Source: Fimicolochytrium jonesii
Lineage: Eukaryota
Length of the DNA stretch: 64,000 nt
Direction: 5' to 3'
Assembly: GCF_025526975.1 (NCBI RefSeq)
Contig: NW_026515669.1
Span: 1,674,001-1,738,000 of the forward strand
Shown here one piece after another: positions 38,006 to 50,601 of this stretch (position 1 is the first letter of the stretch; each line of letters starts with the position of its first letter). The position numbers were made by a program, and so were the translations under genes. The notes under the pieces are model-generated. The model made no database searches. It was not told where the DNA came from and saw only the letters and a list, made by a program, of their open reading frames with translations.

Positions 38006-41000
38006 TCAGATCCTTTTTGTCCGGACCTCCTCGACCCACGCCCGTGCATTCCAGAACAGCCTCATCCATCCGCCCCACTCGTTGCTTTCCCAGCCAGGCG
38101 CGGTATCTTTATCAATACCCCACGTGTTTGCCCACGACCGGACTACACGTTCAGGGTGGGGCATCAGCGCCAGTACTCGACCGTCCAGCGAGCACACACC
38201 AGTGATGCCACCGGCGCTTCCGTTGGGGTTGAAGGGGTAGTGTTCCACGTCTGCAGGCTTGCCGTAGTTATCGACGAAACGTAGCGCGATGGTTTTATCG
38301 GCGATCGCAGCCGCGCTTTGCGCTTCTCCACCGACGAACTCGGCGCGGCCTTCGCCATGAGCGACAGCGATGGGGATGCGGGATCCCGTCATGCCTTTGA
38401 GGAATATGGAGGGGGAGTCGAGCACTTCCACGGTGGCGACGCGGGCCTCGAATTGTTCGCTGCGATTGCGGATGAACGCGGGCCAGTGGCCAGCACCGGG
38501 GATCAAGGGCTTGAGGACGGACAGCATCTGGCAGCCGTTGCAGATACCCAATGTGAAGGTGTCTTCGCGTTGGAAAAAGTCGGTGAACATGTGCCGTGCA
38601 CGTTTGTTGAGCAAGATGCTCTTGGCCCATCCGGCGCCAGCTCCTAGGACGTCTCCGTAACTGAATCCTCCTGGGCACGCCAGTCCGGTGAACCCGCGCA
38701 GTTCGACGCGACCACTGAGGATGTCAGTCATGTGAACATCGACAGGTTCGAAACCGGCCTTGTAGAAGGCGAAGGACATTTCGCCGAAACTGTTGACACC
38801 TTGTTCACGCAGCACGGCCACCTTTGGCGTTGGCAGGCTCGATGGCGTCTTGAGGATGGCGGTGGTGATGTCTTCGTTCGGGTCATAGGTAAGCTGCGCC
38901 TTCAACCCAGGGTCCTTCACGTCAAGGAGTGTGTCGTACTCGGCCTGAGCGCAGCTTGAATTGTCACGCAACGACTGCAACCTAAAGGAAGTTTCCGCCC
39001 ATTTCCTGTGATACTCCTTCCTCGATCCGGACAAACGAACCGTGGTGCCCCATGCGAAGCTGATCTTGTCCGATCCAGCGGCGCCAACGGATCCAATGAT
39101 GTGCAAGTGTTGGCTAGGATAACTCGCAGACTCGAAGGCCTGACGGACGCGGTCGACATCTTTTGTGCGGACTTGCACCACGGCTCCAAGCTCTTCGTTA
39201 AAGAGCGCAGCGGTGGGGTCAGCTCCCGCAAGTGGTGACAGATCGATTTTGGCACCGACGTGTCCAGCAAAGCACATTTCAGTGATGGTGGCAAACAAAC
39301 CACCGTCGGAACGGTCGTGGTAGGCAAGCAACAGCCCCTCCTTGCGAGTCGCTTGAATTGCGTTCCAGAAGGCCTTCAAAGCGTCAGTGCTCTCCACGTC
39401 CGGTGTGTCGGTGCCAATCTGGTTGTAAACCTGGGTCAAACAGCTTCCACCCAAGCGCTCTTTCCCGAGACCGAGATCGATGAGGAGAAGGGTCGTCTTG
39501 CCCTCGTTTGCACGCAGTTGAGGTGTGAGCGTTCTCCGCACATCTTCCACAGGTCCATACGCGGTGATGATCAAACTCAGCGGTGACGTGACCGCTTTCT
39601 GTTCACCCTTCGAGTCGGTCCACTTTGTCTTCATGGACATCGAGTCCTTGCCCACGGGAATGGTCAATCCCAATTTCGGGCAAATGTCCAAGCCAACAGC
39701 TTGTACGGCGTCATAAAGGGCCACTCCCTCTCCCGGGTGATCGGCGGCGGACATCCAGTTTGCACTCAATCGCACAGTCTTCAGGTCCTCCACATTCGCA
39801 GCAGCGAGATTCGTCAAAGATTCAGCGACTGCCATACGAGCAGATGCGGCGGGGTTGATGAGAGCAGCAGGGGTGCGTTCTCCCATGGCCATCGCTTCAC
39901 CTTTGTAACCTTCATATGAGGCGAAGGAGACGGCAACGTCGGCAACAGGCACTTGCCATGGTCCAACCATCTGGTCTCGGGCGACAAGTCCGGTCACAGT
40001 ACGATCTCCGATCGTGATGAGGAAGGATTTGGAAGCGACGGCGGGAAGAGTTAGGATCCGCGCCGCAGCGTCCTCGAGAGACGCACCCAACGGAAGGCTG
40101 AAGGCATGACGCTCAGCTTTCACGGTTTCGGAAGTCCGATGCATTTTAGGCGGCTTTCCGAACAGAGTAGACATGGGGAGATCAATCGAGGTCGTCTTGA
40201 GTAGCGAATCCTCGAGCACCAAGCGCTTTTCGGCAGTAGCTACACCAACAACGGCAAACGGGCACCTCTCGCGCTCGCAGATGTACTTGAACCTCTCCAA
40301 GTCCTCCGGCTGAACAGCTAGAACGTATCGTTCCTGCGACTCGTTGCACCAAATCTCCATCGGGCTCATGCGAGGGTCATCGCATGGCACATCACGAAGC
40401 TGGAACACGGCGCCAAGGTCCGAATCGTGAACGATCTCCGGGAGCGCATTGGAGAGTCCTCCTGCGCCGACGTCGTGAATTGCAACGATGGGAGTATTAT
40501 CTCCGAATGCTGTGCAAACATCAATGACGGACTGAGCGCGGCGTTCCATTTCCGGGTTGTCTCGCTGGACTGAGGCAAAATCCAGTTCGGCCGAACTGGC
40601 GCCTGAGCTCATGGACGATGCGGCACCTCCTCCCAGACCAATAAGCATCGATGGTCCGCCCAAAACAATTAGTTTCGCGCCGGGTTGAATTTTTTTCTTG
40701 AAGACGTGCATGGGACGCACGGCACCAACGCCTCCGGCGATCATGATGGGCTTGTGATAACCTCGAACCTCAGATCCTCCGTTTGTCGTTGGCACACGCT
40801 CCTCGAACGTTCTGAAATATCCGGTCAAATTGGGGCGTCCGAACTCGTTGTTGAACGCCGCCCCGCCCAGAGGAGCTTGGATCATGATGTCTAGAGCAGA
40901 CGCGATGTGTCCAGGTCGTCCAATATCTTCCAGCTCTTCCCAGGGCCGGACTAATCCCGGAATTCGCAAGTTCGAGACGGTGAATCCGGTCAGCCCAGCC

Positions 41001-42118
41001 CTCGGCTTGGACCCCTGGCCTACAGCACCTTCATCTCGAATCTCGCCACCGGAGCCTGTAGAGGCTCCGGGGAATGGAGAGACGGCGGTTGGATGATTGT
41101 GAGTCTCCACTTTCGCGAGGTAATGCAGGGCCTCCGTAGTAGGTCCGTATTTGTAGTGCTTGGCGGGATCCGCCGCCCACCTCATCCCCGTAGCTCCTTC
41201 CATGACGGCCGCATTGTCGGAATACGCAGAAATGATGTACTCGGGGTGCAACTTGAATGTGTTCTTAATCATACCAAATAGCGAGTTATCACGGTCTCGA
41301 CCATCGATAGTCCATGACGCACCGAAAATCTTGTGGCGACAGTGTTCAGAGTTCACTTGGGCAAACATCATAAGTTCAACATCCGTCGGGTTTCGAGCTG
41401 CTTGCCCAGCAGGAGGATGGAGAAACGCCTGAACGAGATATTCGATCTCATCCTCCGCAAGCGCAAGTCCCCATTCCTTGTTCGCCTTCGCGAGCACTTG
41501 ACGAGGGTCAGCACCAAACTTCGCAGCCGCAAGCAGATCGACTGATTTCAGAGGCGCAGGATCTCCTGTCTTGAAGAGCTCGGCCTCAGTGGGAATTCCG
41601 CGGACTACGGTTTGCGTCATCCGATCGTGAATGTGGTGAGCAAACTGCTGTGCGTCTGCATCCGTGAGTTTTCCACCATCGACTTCGACAAACAGAGCCA
41701 GTCCGCGCTCAACTCTCCCCACAAGATGACCCAAACCACAAGTCCGGGCAATATCCGTCGCCTTAGAGGACCAGGGTGAAATGGTACCGGGTCGTGGCAG
41801 AACAATCAACAGCTCTGGACGTGTAGGGTCGGCGTCGGCGCCAGCGTGCCCTTTTGTAGCCAAACTGCTCAACCATTTCTGCTCAGCTGGCGTAAAAGTG
41901 TTGGCATCAATCGAGCCGTAGCGTAGCAAGGCCTCAAGAGTTGCCTGGACCTCAATGGCCTTTTCCGTCGATAGGTGCGAGTACGCTTCGGAGGTGCGGA
42001 CGAAGTGGACGTGGAAGCCAGAAATCGCTTTGACGCTGGGAGAAAGCACCTGGATGTCGCTGAGCAACTTGCTTTCCCGGAAGGGGGAGAACGCGGCCGA
42101 ACCGGGGAGGACCAGCAT
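38006..42118 (-). CDS. ADE6: Phosphoribosylformylglycinamidine synthase (large PurL type), single exon, 1370 aa
   Basis: [82 protein letters not shown]. Confidence 0.99.
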   Translation of the reverse strand: MLVLPGSAAFSPFRESKLLSDIQVLSPSVKAISGFHVHFVRTSEAYSHLSTEKAIEVQATLEALLRYGSIDANTFTPAEQKWLSSLATKGHAGADADPTRPELLIVLPRPGTISPWSSKATDIARTCGLGHLVGRVERGLALFVEVDGGKLTDADAQQFAHHIHDRMTQTVVRGIPTEAELFKTGDPAPLKSVDLLAAAKFGADPRQVLAKANKEWGLALAEDEIEYLVQAFLHPPAGQAARNPTDVELMMFAQVNSEHCRHKIFGASWTIDGRDRDNSLFGMIKNTFKLHPEYIISAYSDNAAVMEGATGMRWAADPAKHYKYGPTTEALHYLAKVETHNHPTAVSPFPGASTGSGGEIRDEGAVGQGSKPRAGLTGFTVSNLRIPGLVRPWEELEDIGRPGHIASALDIMIQAPLGGAAFNNEFGRPNLTGYFRTFEERVPTTNGGSEVRGYHKPIMIAGGVGAVRPMHVFKKKIQPGAKLIVLGGPSMLIGLGGGAASSMSSGASSAELDFASVQRDNPEMERRAQSVIDVCTAFGDNTPIVAIHDVGAGGLSNALPEIVHDSDLGAVFQLRDVPCDDPRMSPMEIWCNESQERYVLAVQPEDLERFKYICERERCPFAVVGVATAEKRLVLEDSLLKTTSIDLPMSTLFGKPPKMHRTSETVKAERHAFSLPLGASLEDAAARILTLPAVASKSFLITIGDRTVTGLVARDQMVGPWQVPVADVAVSFASYEGYKGEAMAMGERTPAALINPAASARMAVAESLTNLAAANVEDLKTVRLSANWMSAADHPGEGVALYDAVQAVGLDICPKLGLTIPVGKDSMSMKTKWTDSKGEQKAVTSPLSLIITAYGPVEDVRRTLTPQLRANEGKTTLLLIDLGLGKERLGGSCLTQVYNQIGTDTPDVESTDALKAFWNAIQATRKEGLLLAYHDRSDGGLFATITEMCFAGHVGAKIDLSPLAGADPTAALFNEELGAVVQVRTKDVDRVRQAFESASYPSQHLHIIGSVGAAGSDKISFAWGTTVRLSGSRKEYHRKWAETSFRLQSLRDNSSCAQAEYDTLLDVKDPGLKAQLTYDPNEDITTAILKTPSSLPTPKVAVLREQGVNSFGEMSFAFYKAGFEPVDVHMTDILSGRVELRGFTGLACPGGFSYGDVLGAGAGWAKSILLNKRARHMFTDFFQREDTFTLGICNGCQMLSVLKPLIPGAGHWPAFIRNRSEQFEARVATVEVLDSPSIFLKGMTGSRIPIAVAHGEGRAEFVGGEAQSAAAIADKTIALRFVDNYGKPADVEHYPFNPNGSAGGITGVCSLDGRVLALMPHPERVVRSWANTWGIDKDTAPGWESNEWGGWMRLFWNARAWVEEVRTKRI

Positions 42119-42317
42119 CGTGTCTGTTTCGGGCTTTCAGGGGGTCTCGCCCGATGGATGGTGAAGCTGACGAACCCGGCTGAGGGAGAAGATAAAGCTG
42201 CGAGGGGTCGCCGTCAGGAATCCCTTTGGCTGCAGCCAGATCTCCCAGACGAGGAAGCAAGTGGTGCTTTCTGATGACCGAAACCTCCTACGCTTCCGAC
42301 AGGTTTTTGTGCGTGCT

Positions 42318-42334
42318 GTCACGTGACTGACTCA
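42318..42334. promoter_or_regulatory. Adjacent GTCACGTGAC (E-box) and TGACTCA (Gcn4/AP-1; contains Bas1 TGACTC) sites upstream of ADE6
   Basis: GTCACGTGAC at 42318-42327 immediately followed by TGACTCA at 42328-42334, ~200 bp upstream of the ADE6 ATG. Confidence 0.6.
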
Positions 42335-43983
42335 GAGTCTTTCGGAAAGGCGAGATATGCATGCATGCATCGCGGCTTCTAGAGTCGCTGCAATGTGACG
42401 GAAACCTGACGATCCTTTTCCTGTAAAGCGATCTTGGGATTCGGGATCCACCGTAACTGCCATTACGGCGCACAAACGGCGGCTCTGTACACATGGTAGG
42501 TCCGCCGTCAATCGCCCTCGTCATTCAGCCCTGCATCAATGGGGCAAACGAGAGGAGTGACACTAGGATCTATCATATCTCATCACGTGTACGGGCGAAA
42601 TCCAATTGCTGGATGGGATTGATCGAGCGGGAAGGACTGATGCACACACTGCAAAGGGAAATGCAATCGCTTTATGGTTCCCCTCCTTATTTTTAGATGT
42701 GAATATAATGTCTGATGTGACTGGTTGGTTGGATGAATGGACAGTCCGTCATCTTGTGTACGCACTCTCAGTGCCTCACACATATACTGTCTATCTTCCA
42801 CGCCTTATACGTAGCTGTGAAGATAGTTGGCTCAATGATGGTGTCGGAAACTGTCATTTCTAAAAGCGCGACTTGGATGGCAGTGCGGCCTCGTACGAGA
42901 TCCCTTACATGTCCGTCTCGTAGATCCCTTTCTCCGTCTTACAACAATGGGGGGGAAGGGCGCCATGAGATCAGCGGATATAAAGACGTGGATCCCTCTC
43001 TTGAACGTGAGCGTGAACAGCAGTAACGCCGCGGTATATACCGGGACGCTGATCATATATCGCCGGGCGATCTCCTATCTTGGCAAGGGCTACGGGCTAC
43101 ACCCTACGTCATGCACGATTCATTCTGCGACAGCCCGTCCAGCTGATCCCATAATCCCAAGGCCTTGTTCAATGGGATTGCCCAGTGAATGCCTCCCATT
43201 GTTGGCCTTACCGAGCACGCGGATCCGCCGATCCCCAAAGTGATTTTTCCTCCTGTTCGCCTGCGTGGCAACGACTCTTACGACTCATCAGGCTTAATCC
43301 CTCCCATCACCCGGTTGCTTGTTTGTGTCGTTGTATGGCAATGACAGAAAGAATGTGAACCAGCAAGGGGAGCAAGGGGGTTGGCGCTGTCTGGGCGACT
43401 GTGCTTGACTGGTGTGAAAGCAAAGACGATAATATCGATATCTTCAGCGACCAAACTCTACAGCACCAAACGGACGCTCCCTTCTTCATTTCCCCACCAG
43501 TACCCGAATACGATCCGCCGGATCGCGGCGAATCTCCCAAGTACAGAAAGAAAACCGGGTTCTCAATTTCAAAGCTCCTCCTCGCCGTAGATCCCACCGA
43601 CCCTTTATATTCCGGCCGGCAACCGCCCCAGTTCCTCAGAACTGGTTCGTCTCCCTGCCATACTTTCAAGAGCTTCTGTTCAACGACTTTTCGGCTGGCA
43701 AAGTGGATCTCGAGCCGCCGGCGACTTCGATCATCTATCTGTCAGTCGCCTCAAATCCCTCCTCTCCCAACGTACGACTGCTTGTTCTCTCGCCTGTGAA
43801 CGCTCGCTATCCTCTCTACCCTTCGAAGCAACCCATGACGACGCGGGACGTTGTGCTAGCACCTCTTAGTACCCGCAGCGCACCCGATTGATAAATCGGT
43901 GCTTCACAAGTGGCGAGGCTTCATTATCGCCTCCCGACTCACTTTTTTTTCTATACGGGCTTCAAGCTTCGGACAAGCACGTG

Positions 43984-46013
43984 ATGGCTACCCGTTATAC
44001 TTCTTCGCTCGCCAACGTCCTTCATCTGCGTGACGTTACCCCAGAACGCCATGGGGAAAGTGCTGGCGCTTCGTTGAATCTGCTTGCTGTAAGTATCTTT
44101 GGCGGGTGAGACATATAGATCTGGCAGAAAAGCATTCACTGACATTTTCTGTGTCTTTGTTCTAGCATGACCTCAAGATGGCTTCCTCTGGCCTTCAGCA
44201 AAAGGTGCAAGAGGAAACGAGGCAATTTGCAAGGCCGTCCGAGATGTCACTGTCTCCGTCAACTACCCCTCCTTCGGACGATTCACAGAGTGTCACAAAC
44301 GATGGCACCGCCACATCACTGCCTCCGATTCTTTTACACCCAACTGCGTATGCTCATAACTTTGCCGCGTCGGCGCTGCCAGCCCCTTACCTTCCAGTGC
44401 CGATTCCCCCTGTTCCCCATCATGCGTATACCTTCCCTCCTGTGGGTCAAGCAAGTGAACTTCCTCCTAAAGTGTTGACAAAGCACAATTCGTATCCTTT
44501 ACCCAATACCCACCAATATCAATCTCCTGCTACCTCACAAGGTCACTCTCATCAAGTGGCCGTTGAGCATGGTCGTCCATCATCGGACAGTCAATTGTAA
44601 GTTGAAAGCCCCCAGTGTGAGGCAGTCTGTACACCAGCTTATATTGACGTCATCCATCAAATCTACATTTCGAATATCAGAAAAGGAAGCCATCCCGCTT
44701 TACTCAGAATACACGGCGCAAACAGAGCTTACCCCTACCCGACGCCGCCGCTAGGACGGTGGCCGAGCGTCAGTGGGCCGGACCCACATGCAGTCAGCAT
44801 TATGGCGCCTTACAAGACCAGTCAATCGTCGACTATGGTTTCCACGGCTGCTCCCGTAACGGTGCAACCGAGTGTGGAGCAATCACAGGGCCCCTGCACA
44901 TGTAAAGACCATCAACACCGCTACGATTGCGAATCCCATCGTGCGCCTATGGCTGCCGAAGCCCATCTGGCCCCTCAACCTCGGCTGCAGGCATCACCCT
45001 TCCGCCATCATCCTCCGGCTTCCGACCATACCGCGGACCCTGTCGGACATCTAAGCGCTTATGCACACCTTCCTGCGCAACCAGATTCGGACGCTCAAGT
45101 GTACATGTCGGCGAAGATGGAACCCACAGGCGACCCCGTGAATGAAACCTTAACTTGGCAAATGCAAGGTCAACCGCAACACTGCTATCACCACCACCAT
45201 CATCACCACCATCACCATATCGAGCAGGAGCAGCAACAGCTTGCCAATAGCGTTCCGGCGGACTCCGAACCCCTACCAGTGTCATCCAATGCCGCACATG
45301 AACAGTTCGCGGCACCGGTCACTTCTCCATACGATACCCAACGCTTCCCACCGCATGCCATGAACTTCTCACCTTACGCGCATCCCAATTTCACCCATCC
45401 ACACGATCACTACGCACACCCTCCTCAGAACGGCTTTGGCACCCTGAGTGGCGGGCCCCATATTCAACCGCAATACCAATCACATCAATACATTCACAAC
45501 CCTGTCGCTTCCGCAACTCCTCAGCTTGCATCTAGCCATCCGCTCCATGTGCCGCGCAATGCAGGGAACGTGCCTGACGGTCACACCGCAGCTTACATGC
45601 CCATGATGACCTACATGGCCACCCCACCGAGCTCTCAGGGGCCTCACTCCGATGACTTTGGGTCGTCGTACAGACAAGGACCACCGATGTCGCATTTGGA
45701 TCGTCTCATGTCCGGACCCATGCATCTCTCCCCATCTCCCGCGTCCACACCGGACGGATCGCAAGCGTACCCACCGCCTGCATCAGACGACGTACGTAAG
45801 CCCGTGAAGTCATCCCCCCACAAACGCTATGTGTGCCCTGAATGCGCGAAACGATTCACACGCCCATCGTCGCTGCGGACGCATCTCAACTCACATACGG
45901 GCGAAAAACCGTTCCTCTGCGTGTGCGGGCGCAGCTTCAGTGTGCTGAGCAATTTGAGGAGGCATGAACGAGGCGGATGTTGTGCAAACAAGGAAAGCGT
46001 TGCACCTCGATAG
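43984..46013 (+). CDS. Two-finger C2H2 zinc-finger transcription factor; exons 43984-44088, 44166-44596, 44681-46013
   Basis: C-terminal [46 protein letters not shown]; His/Gln/Pro-rich N-terminus with a poly-His run. Two GTAAGT..AG introns keep the frame. Confidence 0.93.
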
Positions 46014-46821
46014 TTGGCAGAATAGGACGAATGTTCGTTACTCCTTTACTCCTTTTTTTTTGGATTACATATATCTTGATCCTTTTTCAGTTGGCAATGA
46101 AGCTGTTGGCGATAGCTCTGATTTGGAAAGCTTCAGTAGTTTTTACATGGTGTTCATCAGGTCAACTGCAAATATACGAAATGCCGAACCGGTGCATTCA
46201 AAGCATTCTTTGCCGTAAGCGCTCGGTCACCGAGTACTTGATATGTCACGCCGCAGGATTTCCCCCAAGGGGATTAGTGCTTACTACGTGCGGAAGCCGG
46301 AAATCCTACGCAGATGCAGGACGTCTCCCATACAGATCTTCACGTGGACTCGGACCTGGAAAACGCGGCCGACAATGCAAATTATTGGAGCCTTTGGTCC
46401 TCGGAAGCGGCGAGTTCTCACGGTAGTCGCTCCAATTCGCTCGAAACTCGCCTCCGAGTCAGCGGCCTCGGATGCCACGAGAAAACATGCTCCGAATCTC
46501 GGACACTTCTTCGTCTCGCATGCGGCATATGGGATTGTATGTACAGTATCTATACTCTAGGGGCCACATGTGACGGTAGGGTTGGCGACGGCTCCCGAAT
46601 CCCGATAAGCGCGTGGAGGCTTTTCGCTGGACATGGATTTCTGCAGGAGGCTCGTCTTCGGACGCCAACGAGACGAAGCTGGTTGCTTTCACCACATATA
46701 TATACGTATATATCAGCAACTCGTACTGTCCTGCCCGGCCTTACGTCGTGCACTCAGCGTTGTTCAGCAAGAAACACAGTCCTCGCGCGCTTAGATCATT
46801 CTGCGTTTCCCTCCCGACACA

Positions 46822-47712
46822 ATGACAACAGCAACGGAAGAACTCCCTGCGTGCTGCCGTCAAGGCTACGTGCACGATGGCGTCGCAAAAGGAACGGTGG
46901 AGAACCTGCACGGCCTCAAAACCTACGTCGCCAAACCGGCCAATTTCCCCACGTCTGCCGCCGAATCCCCACGCAAATGCATAGTATTCCTCACCGACGT
47001 CTTCGGCCTGGATTTTATCAACAACCGGCTCTACGCAGACAACCTGGCTAACAGCAGTGGCCTAACGGTCTACCTACCCGACCTTTTCAATGGAACAGCG
47101 ATGGCGCCTGAGCCCGTAATGAAAGTGGCCGAGGACAGGGAGAAGGTGAAGGGCATCGTCGATCGCCTCCGCCTAGGTCTCACTGTGGTCAAAGCACTAC
47201 CTACCGGCGCACAGTTCCTGGTACAAAACAACGACAAGACCATGATGGCTCGCCTATCACAGTTCCTGAACGGGTTAATCGATATCGACCGTTACAAGCG
47301 CGAGCATATTGGCGCAATCGGACATTGTTGGGGCGGCCGATACGCGACGCTCCTTGCCCACGAAGCTAAAGTAGCTTGTTTCGCTGTCGCCCATACATCT
47401 CGGACGGCGGTGCCAGGGGACATTGAGCCTATCAAGATTCCAGCGCTCTTCCTGTGTGCCGAGGAGGATGTCTGGTTCTCAACCGCGACCAGGTTACGCG
47501 CGGAGGAGTGCTTGAAAAAAAGGCGCGAGGAGGCTACCCAGGCGGCGGAGGACAAGGTTGCGCCTGTAACTACCGACTACGAGTTTGTCGTGTACCGTGG
47601 CACCACGCATGGTTTCGCTTGTCGCGGGGATGTGAGCGACCCGCTTGTCAAGGCGGCTGTTGATGGTGCTCTCACCAAGGCATCGTTGTTCTTCCAGCAG
47701 TATCTCATTTGA
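46822..47712 (+). CDS. Dienelactone hydrolase family protein (AIM2-like)
   Basis: CCRQG..HDG...G, FLTDVFG, YLPDLF, GAIGHCWGG (Cys nucleophile), AEED, GTTHGFACRGD. Confidence 0.93.
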   Translation: MTTATEELPACCRQGYVHDGVAKGTVENLHGLKTYVAKPANFPTSAAESPRKCIVFLTDVFGLDFINNRLYADNLANSSGLTVYLPDLFNGTAMAPEPVMKVAEDREKVKGIVDRLRLGLTVVKALPTGAQFLVQNNDKTMMARLSQFLNGLIDIDRYKREHIGAIGHCWGGRYATLLAHEAKVACFAVAHTSRTAVPGDIEPIKIPALFLCAEEDVWFSTATRLRAEECLKKRREEATQAAEDKVAPVTTDYEFVVYRGTTHGFACRGDVSDPLVKAAVDGALTKASLFFQQYLI

Positions 47713-48425
47713 TGTGGATTGACTGGAATAGGCAAATTTTGACACTTGACTCTAGACTGTAGAGTAGTTAAGAAGATATTCCTCTGTGCTACCACGGCAT
47801 AGGTGGTTGAACATTTTGTCCAGATGTAGCGGGAGAGTGGAGGCATGTTAGCCTCATCAAGCATATATGCAGCTGGTCTATATATATTCGTGCATCCCTA
47901 CGAGATTCGATACGGATCTTGTAACAGTATACACTGCGCTTTTAAAGTTTCGAAAGTGCAAAAACGTCCTTGTCATGGACAGCGGGGGATGGTCGGTGGG
48001 TAAACATGCTACTAACAGTATATACTCTGTGGGAAGAAAAAGGATGGCGAGGAAAGGAAAGGGAAGGTGCGTACTGTACGCTACTGCAGTCTATATAGAC
48101 ATAAATAAACAGCGAGTTGAAAGGTTAATTAAATTGTTCAATTTATCCGACGGCCCTCGCTGGTTTGAACGTGATTTCACCCGCGTTCTATTGTGCATAT
48201 TTACTCACATTCTGAATCTAATCCGTACTATGTTTAGGATCATGTTTTGTTCATGTTCTGATCTGGAGTGGATGGCCCGTCTCGTCTTATGCTGGTGCCG
48301 TACGAATTTATTTGCACGGCGAACGGAAAGAGGTTCCCCATGTATATATTGACTCTCTTGCTCTCTTTTCGTGTCAGAATTTACTGAATATATACATATA
48401 TACACTTCACACTGTCCAGGCTATC

Positions 48426-49542
48426 ATGAGCGCAACGCAACGCAGGGTCGAGGTCTATACTCCGGACGAATGGGCAAAGTACCCTAAGGCAAAGCCGCTG
48501 GCCTTCCCGGTTGCAATGGGACCCATTTCGGCTGCGTTCGTTGACTTTGTCGTTCGCACACTCTACCCCGGTCTGCCTCCCTTCGCTCTCTCGTTGGTGG
48601 ATGCCCAAGGGGGATTTCTTCCCTTGGATCTCGACAGCGAGGACGTACCGCTCTTCGTCATTCTTCACTCCCCAGGCGACACGTCCACCGCTCCAGCTCT
48701 CCCTCGCGCGAAACTTCCCAACGGCCGCATGTCCAAGCACGGGGGAGGCAAGCGAAGCCTTCCTGTTGGCTACACCCCCCGCAGGGGTTCCAAGAAGCCG
48801 TCGTCAGCGTCCCCTGCCTCCACCGCCTCGACCCGAGGCTCTCCCTCCCGCGCCGGACTCGCTGACGAACCTTCACCGCCAGCCATTGATCCCGAAGCCC
48901 TCGCCGAGGCGTTACTTGATGCCGAGCCTGAATTAGCCCCAACAACTCTACAGGCTCAGATGGCAAGTAACTGCCTCAGGAGGGATCAGTTCTGCGTGGT
49001 GTCGGGGAGTCTTGTCGGTCTCGAGTGCGCACACATTCTCCGCCCCGAGTATGCCTTCTCTTTCTTTGAGGACCGCCGCGCCGCGCAGTGGCTTGAGGAA
49101 CCGCAGGTCATTGCCAACAAGCGTCCGTATGACGTGCGCAACGGGCTCATGCTGACCTCCACCGTCCACCAGCTCCTAGACATATTTTCCTGGTCATTTT
49201 TGGATTCGGGACGGCGTACCCCACACTTTCGTCTTCAATGAGCAAGCAGCAGTGCTTGTCCCGCACAACCATCCCCTCGCCATGCCTCTTCCAAATCCAC
49301 GGTGTTCCATCCCAGACGTGTTTCTTCGGCAGTTCCCGCATAATGATCTTCTCTTGGTCCACCTGCAAGAGGCGGTTCTCCGCCAATGCCGTGGAGCCGG
49401 GGAGAGGGACGAGGAGTGGGATGACGAGGAAGGGGGTTGGGCGGTGATGGAGGAGGAAGAAGAGGAAGATTGGGCAGAAGAGATGGGAATGGCATCGGGA
49501 GTCATTTTGAAAATGCCCCGTCGTCGCGATTCTGCTGATTAG
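48426..49542 (+). pseudogene. HNH (HNH_2-type) nuclease, Crinkler-like architecture, with one frameshift in the T5 run at 49197-49201
   Basis: LRRDQFCVVSG...LECAHIL...DVRNGLMLTSTVHQLLD. Removing one T joins the frame to WIRDGVPHTFVF...FP..LLLVHLQEAVLRQCRGAGE and an acidic tail. Confidence 0.8.
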
Positions 49543-50601
49543 CCCTCCTCAATGAATGCTGCAAATGCGGCCGCTCTAAATCCATATGCGGCGTTACGCG
49601 ACCAGAACGCCTTTAGGACGGTACTGTAAATACGAGAGGGACGCTCTCACCACAACATACTGCCAGTCGCTCTCCAAGATACTGCAAACGGGCAAGCACG
49701 TGCTCCGCTCTTTTGGAACGTGGCTCAAGGGACAGTGTAAAGTGACGGTATCCTAGCCTCTCAAATCCACCCGAGAGCAAAGACCGACCACGTTGCCAGC
49801 CCGATGACTGCCTGACGGGATGAAGAAAAGAATAGGCGTAAATTGTGGTATAAACTTCAGCTGAATCGCTAATTGATGACTCAGCTGATCGCGACGCGAA
49901 AGGGGCGGAAAGGGGCACATCGAGGACACTTTTCTCCGACTTCGGGCTACCGCTAATGCCTGAACACCTGCCTTTCATTGCCCGCCCACCGTCCTGTGTC
50001 CACCCTTTGAACGGCCTGAGCCTGGATCGCATTCCCTATCAAATCACATAAATCAAAAGCCGTTTGTTCAATCAGTGTTCAATCTCCGATTCTTCTTGTC
50101 CGCTGTCCGTCCCGGGTAGTCGTGTTGTGGGGTAAACCGTAACCGTATAAATATCTTGGTGTCATAGGGAGCCCCTCTCACCTCCCACAACCTTCCACCA
50201 CCGGACACGCTATCGTGCACCGCCGTGTTTCGACCACTTGGAGGTCACCTCTTCGGTGTCCCACCGGTTGACGACCGCAGATATCCCGGATATCACGGAG
50301 CACCTTCGGCACCTGTCACCCCGACTGCTGCCATCGTCAGTACGCTACTTCCACAGAAGCGCTCACACCGCTGGGCATACATCGACGGTCATACTTGATG
50401 TGGGTGTAAACTGCGGACTGGAAACCGCTTGCTCCCTTGCTGGGCAACCTCAACTGGGTCTCGTGCTCGGCGGTGCTGTCAAAAGACGCGCTCGCTACAC
50501 TCTGTCCCTTCATCCGACTCCGCTTGACTACGATCATTTGCCTTGGCTACGGTTATCGCAAGCACCGACACCGCTAGCGTCTCTTTCTGGTTCGATCGAA
50601 A

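Noticed and set aside
38006..42118. Intronless ADE6 as a bacterial horizontal transfer
   Set aside because: Fungal Ade6 is normally the large PurL type, and other genes here are also single-exon. No independent evidence of transfer.
44492..44500. GTATCCTTT, a U12-type 5' splice-site consensus
   Set aside because: It lies inside an open exon, and the gene is fully explained by canonical GTAAGT..AG introns.
46314..47051. 245-aa ORF overlapping the dienelactone hydrolase
   Set aside because: An alternative-frame overlap with a well-supported gene, typical of GC-rich DNA.
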